A stretch of 64,000 bases of DNA, taken from contig CM082579.2 of assembly GCA_040954595.2 (NCBI GenBank), forward strand, positions 10,653,625 through 10,717,624. Reading direction: 5' to 3'. Position 1 is the first letter of the stretch; every line of letters begins with the position of its first letter. Both the position numbers and the translations under genes were made by a program. Source of the stretch: Balanoglossus misakiensis. Taxonomy: Eukaryota; Animalia; Hemichordata. Shown one piece after another: positions 62,611-64,000 of this stretch. The notes below the pieces were generated by a model. That model did not search any database. It saw only the letters and a program-made list of their open reading frames with translations, and was not told where the DNA came from.

Positions 62611-62782
62611 CTGTAAAACACTTTTATTTTCGCGAGTTGAAATTGTCAAGATATCGAGAGAGGCCAGTGTTTCGCGAGTATTAAAATAATTATAAAAAAA
62701 TTACGCGACTTTTTATTTCACGCTATTTTGGCTCGCATATTTCGCGAAAATTTATTGCTCGTGAAAATAAAGTGTTTTACAG
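62611..62782. mobile_element. MITE family A, copy 5 (internally deleted)
   Basis: Same TIRs and TA TSD. About 35 bp shorter in the middle. Confidence 0.88.
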
Positions 62783-64000
62783 TAACCATATTGACACAAG
62801 GGTCTGTAACAATGTTCACATTTCAGGGCTGCAATTCACAGAACTAAAACAGTTCTGATGGTCCATGACTGTGTTTGCTATCGACATGTTAACCTTCAAA
62901 AATTCAGCCATTTCCCCCCCCCCCCCCTTAAAGTCTACCAGAAACAGAATTCTCGCAGCATATATCTGTCAGTGTTTCTCACAAGTAATCTGTGTAATAG
63001 AATTCTTGCAATCAATCAGCGATGAAAGGATATTCTTGGAGCCAGTGTGCAACATAGAGAATAATCACAATCAATAGTCGAGAATTGAATTTGGTTTCTA
63101 TCATGCTACACAAATATATTTCAATGCTGGCAGTGTGTGAAATACAGAATGTGCAGTTCAATTTGCCCAACTCAAATACAATGTCTAATATTTTATCCAG
63201 AGGTGATTGACAAAGACCTGATCATTCCTTGTTAATTTGGGTCGAGAATTTCTTAATCGCTTACTACTTACAGGCTGAAACCTATACTGCACCTTTGTGG
63301 GGTTTGTAAAAATACGATGCAAATGACACAAAATTCATTCATCAGTCATTGTGCGTGTTAGTTATCTTCCATAAGCATTTCTTAATGTTATTGTAATTTT
63401 CACAGAGGTGTGTGAATGCTTAGGTAGGGGAGAGCAAACACATTAGTCCAAGTCTGGATGAGCACGGAACTGAGAGCATTATAAGCATGATAACTTTGGC
63501 TCAGGTGCATAGAGTGTTGCTTTTCATTGTGTATTACCCGTAAATGCAAAGCAACTGTACATTTTGACAACATCTTGTGTATTTATGATCTGTTAATGTT
63601 CTCATCTTGCAAGGAGATTTCTGCATGACGTCAGCAACAGCTAGCTTCCATAATATATGCAATAAATCTGCATTGTGACTTGAGTTGCCGTCTTAATTTA
63701 CACCGTCACCAACGACCAGGCACATTAAAACATAGAGGCCAACTTGACAAGTTGACCTGCCAGATCTGTGGCATTTCAACATGATTTATAGAAGAGGCTT
63801 CAATGGATTAATGCAACATGAGAAGCATAGCTTCACATGGCAGTGAGTGACAGCAAACTGCTTTATGAATCATAGTCTGCAATTGTAAATTACATAGAAA
63901 GAAAAATTTTATTTGCTGAGAAATTTTCTCAACTACAGAGATGGGATTTTTTTTTGGGGGGGGGGGGTAAATTACATAGAAAAAAAATATTTATTTGCTG

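Overview
AT-rich, intron-rich animal genomic DNA, probably from a marine invertebrate; the taxon cannot be proven from sequence alone. I assembled gene models by hand from GT-AG sites and reading phase. The window holds: (1) 1-11.8 kb, the 3' part of a + strand type-I membrane receptor: [YWTD beta-propeller+EGF] x at least 2, [HYR-like+HYR+sushi] x2, a SEA-like stalk, an ephrin-receptor-like Cys repeat, a TM helix and a tail with an ITAM-like YxxL pair. It grew by in-frame tandem duplication of exon cassettes whose copies differ mostly at amino-acid-changing sites. (2) 12.7-13.9 kb, a 3-exon secreted Cys-rich gene, possibly ML/NPC2-like, with one in-frame TAG. (3) 17.06-30.76 kb, a 13.7-kb array of an 88-bp satellite with shifting higher-order periods, next to a Helentron/DINE-like element. 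(4) 34.1-48.9 kb, a complete 18-exon inturned (INTU) gene on the - strand, about 955 aa. (5) 51.6-52.4 kb, an intronless KCTD8/12/16-family CDS, divergent from INTU. (6) 58.6-62.3 kb, the probable start of another signal-peptide gene. Many non-autonomous DNA transposons (Academ-like, Harbinger, Kolobok, Tc1/mariner, EnSpm-like) and an L2 LINE remnant are scattered throughout. The best candidate for a new system is the modular, diversifying LRP-like receptor with an ITAM-like tail that splicing may remove.
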